DNA of 64,000 nt from Eubacteriales bacterium (GTDB lineage: Bacteria; Bacillota; Clostridia; Oscillospirales; CAG-272). Position numbers and translations under genes: made by a program. This document shows, piece by piece, positions 1 through 8,770 of this stretch; within the stretch, counting starts at the first letter, position 1, and each line of letters starts with the position of its first letter. The stretch spans positions 29,398-93,397 of the forward strand of contig JAZUBI010000117.1 of assembly GCA_045638385.1 (NCBI GenBank), written 5' to 3'. The notes beneath the pieces were generated by a model. It was not told the origin of the DNA and searched no databases. It was given only the letters and a program-made list of their open reading frames with translations.

Positions 1-1
1 A

Positions 2-652
2 GGCGGTGGCGATAATAAAGGTATTACCCACGTTGAAATCGCAATAAACTCCGTAACATACACTACAATTCTCACAGACGCGGCATATGTAAAAACTAAC
101 ACATACTCATACCTTCAGGGTGACTCGCTTGTTGATGAGCTCCTTGAAAAATACAAGGATGAGATCGCAAAGGGCGACGAGGTTCTCGGCAATATATCTC
201 AGAACAAGTATTCCTCCACTATTACAAAAAAGGTCGCCGAGCTTTACTACCAAAAAGGTCTTGAGCTTTGGGGAGATCAATACTCCATAGTTCTCGGCGG
301 AGGTTATTTAAAAACAAGAAGCCCTTATGAGCTTACATCCGGTACGGTAAAGTACTCTGATCTTCAAACAATACTTCCCTTTGATAACCAGATCGTTCTC
401 TGTGCCATCAAGGGATCTGATCTCTTGTCGAAATTCTTTGAAACAAGCAATTCAAACTACCAAATTTATTATGGAAGCTATGGGGAAAGCGTGAAAAATA
501 ATATTGTCCCCGATTCAACATACTATATCATAACCGACACATACACTTCAAGCTATTCTTACAACAATTTGACCGAAATAGCGCGCCTTGACGAAGATGT
601 TTATGCGCGCGACCTGCTTGCAGAGTATATCAAGAACGGCGGTTGGAAATAA
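2..652 (+). CDS. 5'-nucleotidase family protein, C-terminal fragment (5' end outside window)
   Basis: Frame-2 ORF is open from the window edge. The tail (...YSDLQTILPFDNQIVLCAIKGSDL...) resembles the 5'-nucleotidase C-terminal substrate-binding domain. The listed 75-aa ORF is only its last Met-initiated part. Confidence 0.6.
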   Translation, partial: GGGDNKGITHVEIAINSVTYTTILTDAAYVKTNTYSYLQGDSLVDELLEKYKDEIAKGDEVLGNISQNKYSSTITKKVAELYYQKGLELWGDQYSIVLGGGYLKTRSPYELTSGTVKYSDLQTILPFDNQIVLCAIKGSDLLSKFFETSNSNYQIYYGSYGESVKNNIVPDSTYYIITDTYTSSYSYNNLTEIARLDEDVYARDLLAEYIKNGGWK

Positions 653-799
653 AAAATATAGATTATTTTGAGAGGTAATTTATGCCTAAATTCGAAGTAG
701 TATCCCCCGAATTAACCAAAAGGATGGAATATGAGAGCGAAACCGGGACTTTTCTCAACGTAGGATTTAACAACAACGATGTCGTAAGACGCCGCCAGG

Positions 800-1897
800 T
801 TGCCAAGGACAGAGCAACGATTTGGAGGCAGCCATTTTGTTCACGACATTGATAAAATCATGCATAGCCCCTATTTTAACCGCTATGCTGATAAAACTCA
901 GGTCTATTCGCTCTACAAAAACGATGATTTAACGCGAAGAAGCCTTCATGTACAGTTAGTTTCAAGAATTGCGCGCACCATCGGTTGTGCTCTTCACCTG
1001 AACCCCGACTTGATCGAGGCAATTGCTCTCGGTCACGACATGGGGCATCCCCCCTTTGCACACACGGGAGAAAAATATCTAAATGAGCTCTTTTTCGCTC
1101 ATTCTGGCAAATACTTCCTGCACAATTTACAATCGGTACGTGTTTTCGATAAGCTTTTTCCTCACAATATAAGCTTGCAGACCTTACACGATATTGCGAG
1201 CCATAACGGTGAGCTCGAGCTTCAGGAATATCATCCCGTTCCGATTTCAACATTTGCAGAGTTTGATGATTTGATGGAACGCTGCCAAAATGATATTTCA
1301 GTTGCAAACGGATTGCTCCCCTGCACTCTTGAGGGTGCAGTTGTTCGTATATCCGATATTATTGCATATCTCGGCAAGGACCGTCAGGATGCAATCAGAA
1401 CACAGAACGTAAACGAGCAGGATTTTGCAAATGAAGATATTGGATCGTTAAATTCCGAGATCATCAATAATCTTGTTGTAAATATCATTGAAAACAGCTA
1501 CGGCAAAAACTATATTCGCCTTGATAACAAGCATTTTGCCGCGCTTAAGCAATCGAAACGCGATAATTACGAGAAGATATACAATAAAACCGTATCCTCT
1601 GCTAAGCTTGACGTTACAGTTAAGCCGATGATGGCTGACATATACGAAAGATGTCTTTTCGATCTTGAGCATAACAAAGAGGATTCTCCGATCTATACAG
1701 AGCATATAAGCTTTATCGAGAGAACTCCTTATAAGCGAAAGGCGCCTTATATTGAAACAGAAAAGAATCAGATAGTTGTTGATTTCATCTCAAGTATGAC
1801 TGACGATTATTTCGTTGAGCTACATCAATTCCTATTCCCCGAATCAAGCTATCCGATACAGTACAAAGGATATTTTGAACATTTAAAAAATAAGTAA
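800..1897 (+). CDS. dGTPase-like HD-domain triphosphohydrolase (N-terminus probably frameshifted, see finding)
   Basis: HSPYFNRYADKTQVYS...RSLHVQLVSRIAR...ALGHDMGHPPFAHTGE matches the dGTP triphosphohydrolase family signature. The TTG at 800 has no RBS. An ATG at 682 with RBS GAGAGG opens a different frame that overlaps this one. Confidence 0.8.
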   Translation: MPRTEQRFGGSHFVHDIDKIMHSPYFNRYADKTQVYSLYKNDDLTRRSLHVQLVSRIARTIGCALHLNPDLIEAIALGHDMGHPPFAHTGEKYLNELFFAHSGKYFLHNLQSVRVFDKLFPHNISLQTLHDIASHNGELELQEYHPVPISTFAEFDDLMERCQNDISVANGLLPCTLEGAVVRISDIIAYLGKDRQDAIRTQNVNEQDFANEDIGSLNSEIINNLVVNIIENSYGKNYIRLDNKHFAALKQSKRDNYEKIYNKTVSSAKLDVTVKPMMADIYERCLFDLEHNKEDSPIYTEHISFIERTPYKRKAPYIETEKNQIVVDFISSMTDDYFVELHQFLFPESSYPIQYKGYFEHLKNK

Positions 1898-1908
1898 CGG
1901 AGATATTT

Positions 1909-2844
1909 ATGTTTGAACAGCTTTTTGACGCAATAAAAAAATACAACAGAATAATAATACATCGCCACTCCAATCCCGATGGTGATGCACTTGGAAGCCA
2001 GATAGGTCTTAGGAGCATTTTAACAGAAAACTTCCCGGAAAAGGAAATTTACACTGTTGGTGACTCCTCTGTACGCTTTGGATTTATGGAGGGATTTCAA
2101 AACGATATAATTCCCGATGAATATTACAAGGATGCTCTTGCAATCGTTCTCGATACCTCTGCAACCGCCCTTATAAGTGATCCGAGATATGCAACAGCTG
2201 AATGTACCGCCTGTGTTGACCATCACATTTTCTGCGAAAAATTCACCGACATTGAGGTTAGAAACACATCCTACGAAAGCTGCTGCGGTCTCATAGCCGA
2301 ATTTGCGATCGAATGCGGTCTGAAGCTCAATACTCTCGCCGCTAAGTCGCTTTACACCGGCATGGTAACAGATTCCGGACGTTTCCGCTATGATTCGACT
2401 AATTCAAATACCTTCAGACTTGCGTCTTATCTGATGCAAGAGAAATTTGATACAAATGAGATATATAATCATCTCTATGCAGACGATTTCAATTATATCA
2501 GATTGCGCGCAGAATTCATTTTGAAGATCAAATTCACAGAAAATAACGTTGCGTACATATACACAACCAAGGAGGAGCTCAAATCCTATTCCGTTGATAC
2601 ATTCTCTATCTCACGCGGAATGGTTGGAACTATGTCAGATATACGCGGAGTTGATGTTTGGGTAAACTTTACGGAAACAGATGACTCTGTTCTTTGTGAG
2701 ATCAGATCAAGCAAATATAATATTAACAAAATTGCTGTTAAATACGGCGGTGGAGGTCACGCTAAGGCAAGCGGAGCAACCTTGAAGGACCGTTCCGAGG
2801 CTATGAGCCTTCTCGAAGACCTCAATAATCTTTCTAAGGAGTAA
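1909..2844 (+). CDS. nrnA: DHH/DHHA1 phosphoesterase, NrnA-like oligoribonuclease / pAp phosphatase (paralogue 1)
   Basis: HRHSNPDGDALGS, DTS, VDHH and C-terminal GGGGHAKASGA motifs. Size of 311 aa fits NrnA. RBS ACGGAGA. Confidence 0.75.
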   Translation: MFEQLFDAIKKYNRIIIHRHSNPDGDALGSQIGLRSILTENFPEKEIYTVGDSSVRFGFMEGFQNDIIPDEYYKDALAIVLDTSATALISDPRYATAECTACVDHHIFCEKFTDIEVRNTSYESCCGLIAEFAIECGLKLNTLAAKSLYTGMVTDSGRFRYDSTNSNTFRLASYLMQEKFDTNEIYNHLYADDFNYIRLRAEFILKIKFTENNVAYIYTTKEELKSYSVDTFSISRGMVGTMSDIRGVDVWVNFTETDDSVLCEIRSSKYNINKIAVKYGGGGHAKASGATLKDRSEAMSLLEDLNNLSKE

Positions 2845-2846
2845 AA

Positions 2847-3827
2847 ATGAGTAACGAAGCAATAAAAAAAGTGTATGACAAGATATGCGAATATGATCGT
2901 ATTATAATCTTCCGTCATTTCAGACCCGATGGAGATGCAATCGGATCAACAAAGGGATTACAAAGAATTTTACAGCTTTCCTTTCCCGAAAAGGAGATTT
3001 ATCTCTTAAACAGCGATTTTTCCGATTACCTATCGTTTTTAGGCAAGGAAGATGATCCGATCGACGATTCCCTTTATGCCGATGCGCTCGGTATCGTTAT
3101 GGACACGGGTACAAGCTCGAGAATATCAAATAAAAAATATAAACTTTGCAGAGAAATAGTTAAATTTGATCACCACATTCCGATTGAATCTTACGGTGAC
3201 GTTGAATGGGTTGAAGAATTGCGTTCTTCAACGTGTGAGATGGTTGCGGCATTCTATGATGCTCTTTCGGACAAGCTGAAGATAGATAAGCTCGCTGCAA
3301 CATATATATACACGGGTATGGTTACAGACTCAGGCAGATTCCGTTTCCGTGACGTTTCGTCTGAAACAATGCGTCTTGCCGGCATAATGCTTGATTTTAA
3401 AATTGATACCGAATGGATCTATGCAAATCTTTACATGAAGGATCTTGCTTCATTCAAGTTTGAATCTTTCGTTTATACTAAGATTAAAATGACTGAAAAC
3501 GGCGTCGCTTATTTCCATGCAACACAAGCGATCCAGGACAAATGGGAGCTTACTCCCGAATCTGCGAGCGCTTCCGTTTCATATATGGATTCGATCAAGG
3601 GTTCACTGATATGGATCGCCTTTATTGATAATCCCGACGGAACAATACGCGTTAGACTTCGTTCGAGATTTTTACACGTTAATCAGATCGGTGAAAAATA
3701 CCGCGGCGGAGGACACGCTTCAGCTTGCGGCGCAACACTTCACAACAAAAAAGAAATCAAGATGCTTCTTGCTGATGCAGACAAGCTCCTTAAGGAATAC
3801 AAGGAAAATAACGAGGGCTGGTTATGA
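2847..3827 (+). CDS. DHH/DHHA1 phosphoesterase, NrnA-like (paralogue 2)
   Basis: FRHFRPDGDAIGS, DTG, FDHH and RGGGHASACGA motifs. RBS AAGGAG. Starts 2 nt after paralogue 1. Confidence 0.75.
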   Translation: MSNEAIKKVYDKICEYDRIIIFRHFRPDGDAIGSTKGLQRILQLSFPEKEIYLLNSDFSDYLSFLGKEDDPIDDSLYADALGIVMDTGTSSRISNKKYKLCREIVKFDHHIPIESYGDVEWVEELRSSTCEMVAAFYDALSDKLKIDKLAATYIYTGMVTDSGRFRFRDVSSETMRLAGIMLDFKIDTEWIYANLYMKDLASFKFESFVYTKIKMTENGVAYFHATQAIQDKWELTPESASASVSYMDSIKGSLIWIAFIDNPDGTIRVRLRSRFLHVNQIGEKYRGGGHASACGATLHNKKEIKMLLADADKLLKEYKENNEGWL

Positions 3828-4549
3828 AAATACTTATAACTAACGATGACGGCATTGAAGCTCTCGGTATAAAATTGCTTGTTGAATGGGCGAAAAAGCT
3901 TGGTGATGTCACCGTGGTCGCCCCAAAAGTTGAACAGAGCGGAAAAAGTCACGGAATTGAGCTCACCCATCCCATCGAGGTGCTTGACAGATCTGACTTG
4001 TACGGCGTTGAGGCATTCTCGGTAGATTCTACTCCTGCCGATTGTGTAAGATTCGGAATACTTGGACTTAAGAGGTCTTTTGATCTCGTTCTTTCCGGCA
4101 TCAATAGAGGCGCTAATCTTGGCAAGGATATTGTGTACTCGGGTACTGTAGGCGCAATTTTCGAGGCTGTGGCGCTGAATCACAAGGCTATTGCCTTCTC
4201 TACCTTCCCTGATGCCTTAAACGATGCTTCCAAGCATCTTGGCACTGCGTATGATTTTATAATGGGAAATAAGCTTCTTGAGCTGAATCCAATATATAAC
4301 GTAAATATCCCGCCTATTGCCAACGGCGTTAAGATCACACGCCAGGGTGCTTCTTATTTCGCTGATGAATTTGTCTCGATTGGAAATAATCTTTACAGCC
4401 AAAAAGGATATTATACACCCGACAGCGACCAAAGCAACATCGAATTGGATGCAGTTGCAGTAAATCACGGTCTGATTTCGATCACTCCGATGCAAAATGA
4501 CAGAACTGATATTTCAACCTACAACACAATAAAAAACCTCTTACCGTAA
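3824..4549 (+). CDS. surE: 5'/3'-nucleotidase SurE
   Basis: MKILITNDDGIEALGI...GINRGANLG signature. ATGA start/stop overlap with the upstream gene. Confidence 0.85.
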   Translation: MKILITNDDGIEALGIKLLVEWAKKLGDVTVVAPKVEQSGKSHGIELTHPIEVLDRSDLYGVEAFSVDSTPADCVRFGILGLKRSFDLVLSGINRGANLGKDIVYSGTVGAIFEAVALNHKAIAFSTFPDALNDASKHLGTAYDFIMGNKLLELNPIYNVNIPPIANGVKITRQGASYFADEFVSIGNNLYSQKGYYTPDSDQSNIELDAVAVNHGLISITPMQNDRTDISTYNTIKNLLP

Positions 4550-4570
4550 TTCGGTAAGAGGCCTTTTTTT
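4531..4570. terminator. bidirectional intrinsic terminator between surE and the RNase gene
   Basis: A6, then CCTCTTACCG / CGGTAAGAGG 10-bp stem, then T7. It overlaps both stop codons. Confidence 0.8.
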
Positions 4571-5777
4571 ATAGTCGGTTTTCAAAAGCTGAGAACTTTC
4601 TCGTATAATACAAATCACCCGATAATATAACGGAAAAATAATAGGTTACACTTGCTGTGGAATCCTCTGTTTTTAGTACAATAGAAGCTTCATACACTTC
4701 AACGTAAGGAGTAGGATTGTAGTGTGAGTTGCTTGATAATGTGCCGCCTCCGGTTATGTTACCAAACATCTCGCCCCAACCGCCGAAATAGTTCAAATAC
4801 TCCTGAAAATCATTATAGTGATTATAGGTGTAAAAAATATAAACTACATCGGTTGAATCTGTTATTCCATTTTTATTGAGGTCATTCCAGGTGTAAACTA
4901 AGCGAGCCGCGCCGCGTGTTATGATAGAGCCGTCATTATAGATTCGAATAGAATATCCGGGATCACAGTCGGTTCCTGTTGTACCGATATCCATCTCCCA
5001 ATACTGGAGATCTCCTCCACATCCGTTGATTCTCGGCAAAACAGGCTCATAAGGGTATTTGGTTGTATTTCCACTGAATTTGGTGTTATTCACACGAAGA
5101 TACTTGCCCCAAATGCTGTCAGTAGGCTTTGTTCTCTTGCTTGACGAATGATTTGCAGGTGGCTCACCGAACGCATAAATATATGCGGCAACCTCCTCAA
5201 GAGTTATATATCCACCGCCGCGGTATACACGGAGAACCTCTTGTCCATAAGCATTTACAACAACGTATGTATTATAATCGATGTAATATGAATTTGTATT
5301 TTTAACATATTTGCCATCAATTATAGGTCGATATTCAGAAATAGTCGGAGCCTGGTCGGGCACAGTGTCAGCACCCGCAATTTCACCTCGTGATGCGCGG
5401 TCACTTGCATCCTCATAGCTTGTTGCAGGATTGCTGTTACCGTAAAATTTATCACGACTCGCTTCATCAACCGCCGAAAGGTCATCCGTCTCGGCTTCAG
5501 TGGATGTTTCACTCTCAGTATTATCGCTCGCAAATGATTCAGTTTCGGTGTTATTCTCTGATTCGTCTTCGGTTTCAACCTTTTGTGAATCATTTTCTGT
5601 TCCTTGACTTTCACTATTGGATTCAAATGTTGATGTGCTAATCGTTTCATCGAGCGTTTGATCTTCAGCTACGTCTTTATCTCTTCCGCGATCTTCGGTT
5701 ATATCGCAGGAAACAGAAAACAAAAGTACCGCGATGAGTAAGAAAGTCGATAAAAACTTTAAGAACTGTTTTTTCAT
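4569..5777 (-). CDS. secreted lipoprotein with barnase/RNase Sa-family (N1/T1) ribonuclease domain
   Basis: Lipobox LLFSVSC, then an acidic S/T/E linker. EVAAYIYAFGEPPANH, QYWEMDIG, TRGAARLVY and YNHYNDFQEY align with barnase VADYLQTYHKLPDNY, WREADI, RNSDRILY and TDHYQTF. The ATG at 5777 has RBS GAAGGAA and is preferred over the TTG at 5795. Confidence 0.7.
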   Translation of the reverse strand: MKKQFLKFLSTFLLIAVLLFSVSCDITEDRGRDKDVAEDQTLDETISTSTFESNSESQGTENDSQKVETEDESENNTETESFASDNTESETSTEAETDDLSAVDEASRDKFYGNSNPATSYEDASDRASRGEIAGADTVPDQAPTISEYRPIIDGKYVKNTNSYYIDYNTYVVVNAYGQEVLRVYRGGGYITLEEVAAYIYAFGEPPANHSSSKRTKPTDSIWGKYLRVNNTKFSGNTTKYPYEPVLPRINGCGGDLQYWEMDIGTTGTDCDPGYSIRIYNDGSIITRGAARLVYTWNDLNKNGITDSTDVVYIFYTYNHYNDFQEYLNYFGGWGEMFGNITGGGTLSSNSHYNPTPYVEVYEASIVLKTEDSTASVTYYFSVILSGDLYYTRKFSAFENRL

Positions 5778-5808
5778 ATATAATTCCTTCTGCAAATTTA
5801 TTCGAATA

Positions 5809-5837
5809 ATTATACCACATTTTAAAGCTTAAGTCAA
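5809..5837 (-). promoter_or_regulatory. SigA-type promoter of the RNase gene (TTGACT-17-TATAAT, TG-extended)
   Basis: Minus strand reads TTGACTtaagctttaaaatgtggTATAAT. Confidence 0.7.
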
Positions 5838-5858
5838 GAAATTAAATTCAAATATTGT

Positions 5859-5885
5859 AAAAACCCCACCGCTTTTGCGGTGGGG
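5859..5885 (-). terminator. intrinsic terminator ending the ABC/nuclease operon
   Basis: CCCCACCGC-TTTT-GCGGTGGGG stem-loop, followed by U5 on the minus strand. Confidence 0.8.
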
Positions 5886-5918
5886 TTAAACAAATTATTG
5901 CGTTATAGATAAATTATA

Positions 5919-8738
5919 TTATTCAGCGTCAACTGCAGTGAACTGACCCCAGTTATAGCTACCGGTGAGATCATAGCAGCTGAAGTTATTGTAAGTGCTG
6001 CTGGCACCTGCACCGAATGCACGGTTATTGGAATCCAAAGCAACTGCGAGCGTGTTCTTCTCAGCGTTCCATTCAAATGCAGTTGCACTTGCGGCATCGG
6101 TAACCAACGAGCCGCCGGTTGAAGTGTCATCCATTACAACGTAGGTCTTTGTATCGGCTACATAGAAGTAAAGGAGATACTCGCCTGCGTTTGTTGCATT
6201 CTCAACATAAACTGTTACAGCCTTGGAAGCATCAGAAGAACCGTTGAAGCGTCCGCCGGAAACAGTTCCGTCGAAGTAAAGTAAACCGTTTGCATTAGCA
6301 GCAGAAATGGTGTAGCCTTTACCAACCTCAAGACCTGCACTAGGTGTGGGAGCAGGAGCTTCTCCGCCGGTCGCGCCGCCTTCTGTGCCTTCGCCACCCT
6401 CAGAGCCTTCGCCGTTATCGGGAGTTACAGGGATCTCTGCCATCTCAACGAAGTTATACTCGAGCGGGAACTGCTCTACGCCGGTGTTATCTGCTGTGAT
6501 GTAAGAAAGCTTGGAAGCACTTACAGTCTCAAAAGTATTATATGTTCCGAGGTAGTACTCTGTTCCGCCAAATACTGCAACCCACGCATTTACAGTTGCA
6601 TTGTAGTTAAATACAGAATTGCCTGCTGCATCATACTTAACAGAAAGCTTACCCTCATCATTGTTGTATATAGTGATATACTGCTTAGCACCTTCTACAA
6701 CGATATAGAACTTGTAGCCGTCTGCAACCTTTTCAGCGTAAACAGTTACTGCCTTTGTTGCGTCATCGGTAGTTGTAAGATATCTTCCGCTTACACCGCC
6801 GTCAAGGTAAAGAACCTTGTTATCAACCTTAGCCTGAGTAAGAGAAGCGGTGTGCGATCCATCAGGAACAGCTACGAGAAGCTCAAGCGGGAACTGAGAA
6901 ACACCGGTGTTCTCTGCAGTGATGTAAGAAAGGTTAGATACACTAATGGTATCAAAGTTGTTATATGTTCCGAGGTATACTTCTGTATCGTTGAATACAG
7001 TAACGTATGCATTTACGGTAGGATTGTATGTAAAAACAGTGTTTCCTGCAGCGTCATAGTTTACAGAGGTCTTGTTTTCGCTGTTGTTGTAAATTGTAAT
7101 ATACTGCTTAGCACCCTCTACGAGTATATAGAACTTATAGCCGCCTGCAACCTTTTCAGCATATACGCCAACAGCCTTGGATGCATCAGTGGTGGTTGTG
7201 AGATATCTTCCGCTTACACCGCCGTCAAGGAAGAGAGCGGTACCGTTCTTAGCCTGGTAGATGTAAGGAATGTAAGGAAGTGTCTCGGACATAACAAGAG
7301 CGGGAGCTACCTCAACGGTATACTCCTTGGTCTCGGTCAATTCGCCAAGAGTGATTGTAGCTGTGAACTTAAGAGTTACAGCATCTGCACCAAGCTTGAT
7401 CTCAACCTTACCGTCATCGCCGATGGTGAAGGCTGTGTTGTCAACAGTCCATGCGAACTTAACATCGCTATAGTACTGACCAACCAAGGGGAGAGTGAGG
7501 ACTGTATCAGCGCTGATAGATCCGGGAACTACAAGATCCTTAACCTCATCAGCAATCTTCTCAGCGGGAGTCTTCTCTACAAGCTCGAGATACTCGAAGC
7601 AATCAACGCTCATAGGAATGAGGTAAGGAGCGCCGCTGTAAAGAACGAGGATACCGGTTGCGTTAGCAGTCCAGCCATACTTTTCAGCATGTGCTGTCTC
7701 GATAGCAGTCTTGTCAGGGCTGGAAACTGCGCCGTTCTCGCCCTTAACGATTGTAAGAGTTGTGGGGAAATCAGTAACGTAAGATCTTACGTAAGCGGTC
7801 TTACCGTTAAGCTCAAAGTTAAGGTAATCACTCGAACCGCCAAGAACCTGATTCTTGATGGTTACACCCTTAATGGTTACAGGGAGACCAACGTAGTTCT
7901 TGAGATCGGCACCGGATGCGAACTTGTCGGTGATATCAAGAACATCTACAGACTTGATTGTTTCATCAACGATCGCAAATGTACCGCCCTTGAGCTCCTG
8001 CATTCCGGAGTAAGGCTCTACAACAGAGGTTACTGCAACAGTCATACCGACCTTAACGCCTTCAGCAACAGGGTCCATATCGAGCTGGTAGCAGTAGTAA
8101 CCGCCCTTGCCGTCTACATCAGCGAGGAAGAGGTGGTTTCTGGAGTTTCCAACGCTCTTAGCGTTCATTGCAACAACGATACCCTCAACAACCATGTTAG
8201 TACCCTTCTCTGCAGCCATGTACTCCTCAAAGGTAGCTACATCGTAAACAGGTACAACGAGATTAAGAGTAAAGGTGGCGGTTGTGCCGTCTCCTGCAGT
8301 TACAGTTGCAGTAAGAGTATAGCTGTACTCTTCTGCTGTCTTGTGCTCAAGGTCGATTGTCCAATCAGACTCGCCCTTAATAGCCTTTACCTTCTCGTTG
8401 TTGGAAGCCCAATCAACGGTGTAAGGAACGTTAGCGATTCTAACCTGGGAAACAAGAGTGAAATCAGCGCCTGTAACGTTGTTTTCCTTGTACTTAGCGT
8501 AGAGTGCATTGAGGTTAGCAACTGCTGCCTCGACATCATACTCGATATCAGGTGTGGGATCTGTCACCGATTCAGACTCGGACTCAGATTCGCTTCCTGC
8601 GGACTCGGTAGGTGTCTCGGTGCTTGCCGAGGTACCGCTTCCTGAGGTTGTGGTTTCTTCATTTCCCTTCTTATCACATGCAGCAAAAATTGCAAGGCAC
8701 ATGATAACAGCAAGGAAGATAGCAATAATTTTTTTCAT
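5919..8738 (-). CDS. 939-aa surface lipoprotein: Ig-like region, two OB-fold-like domains, three copies of a ~105-aa module
   Basis: Lipobox AIFAAC, S/T/E linker, RBS AAAGGAGA. The segment GTNMVVEGIVVAMNAKSV...VTSVVEPYSGMQELKGG looks like the OB fold seen in YhcR-type nucleases. It carries internal tandem repeats. Confidence 0.75.
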   Translation of the reverse strand: MKKIIAIFLAVIMCLAIFAACDKKGNEETTTSGSGTSASTETPTESAGSESESESESVTDPTPDIEYDVEAAVANLNALYAKYKENNVTGADFTLVSQVRIANVPYTVDWASNNEKVKAIKGESDWTIDLEHKTAEEYSYTLTATVTAGDGTTATFTLNLVVPVYDVATFEEYMAAEKGTNMVVEGIVVAMNAKSVGNSRNHLFLADVDGKGGYYCYQLDMDPVAEGVKVGMTVAVTSVVEPYSGMQELKGGTFAIVDETIKSVDVLDITDKFASGADLKNYVGLPVTIKGVTIKNQVLGGSSDYLNFELNGKTAYVRSYVTDFPTTLTIVKGENGAVSSPDKTAIETAHAEKYGWTANATGILVLYSGAPYLIPMSVDCFEYLELVEKTPAEKIADEVKDLVVPGSISADTVLTLPLVGQYYSDVKFAWTVDNTAFTIGDDGKVEIKLGADAVTLKFTATITLGELTETKEYTVEVAPALVMSETLPYIPYIYQAKNGTALFLDGGVSGRYLTTTTDASKAVGVYAEKVAGGYKFYILVEGAKQYITIYNNSENKTSVNYDAAGNTVFTYNPTVNAYVTVFNDTEVYLGTYNNFDTISVSNLSYITAENTGVSQFPLELLVAVPDGSHTASLTQAKVDNKVLYLDGGVSGRYLTTTDDATKAVTVYAEKVADGYKFYIVVEGAKQYITIYNNDEGKLSVKYDAAGNSVFNYNATVNAWVAVFGGTEYYLGTYNTFETVSASKLSYITADNTGVEQFPLEYNFVEMAEIPVTPDNGEGSEGGEGTEGGATGGEAPAPTPSAGLEVGKGYTISAANANGLLYFDGTVSGGRFNGSSDASKAVTVYVENATNAGEYLLYFYVADTKTYVVMDDTSTGGSLVTDAASATAFEWNAEKNTLAVALDSNNRAFGAGASSTYNNFSCYDLTGSYNWGQFTAVDAE
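6457..7285 (-). repeat. in-gene tandem duplication (2 x ~400 bp) encoding the LDGGVSGRYLTTT...GYKFYI...YLGTYN...SYIT module
   Basis: Two adjacent copies are roughly three-quarters identical at protein level by eye. A third degenerate copy lies at about 5925..6345. Confidence 0.85.
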
Positions 8739-8770
8739 AGCGTCTCCTTTTAAATTTGTATGAAAATTTT

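Noticed and set aside
6852-8645. 597-aa plus-strand ORF, the second longest uninterrupted frame in this region
   Set aside because: It is antisense to the 939-aa lipoprotein gene. Its translation is Cys/Ser/Val/Leu-rich with no motifs, start context or signal peptide. The minus-strand product has an RBS, a lipobox, domain repeats and a terminator. This is a codon-bias shadow ORF.
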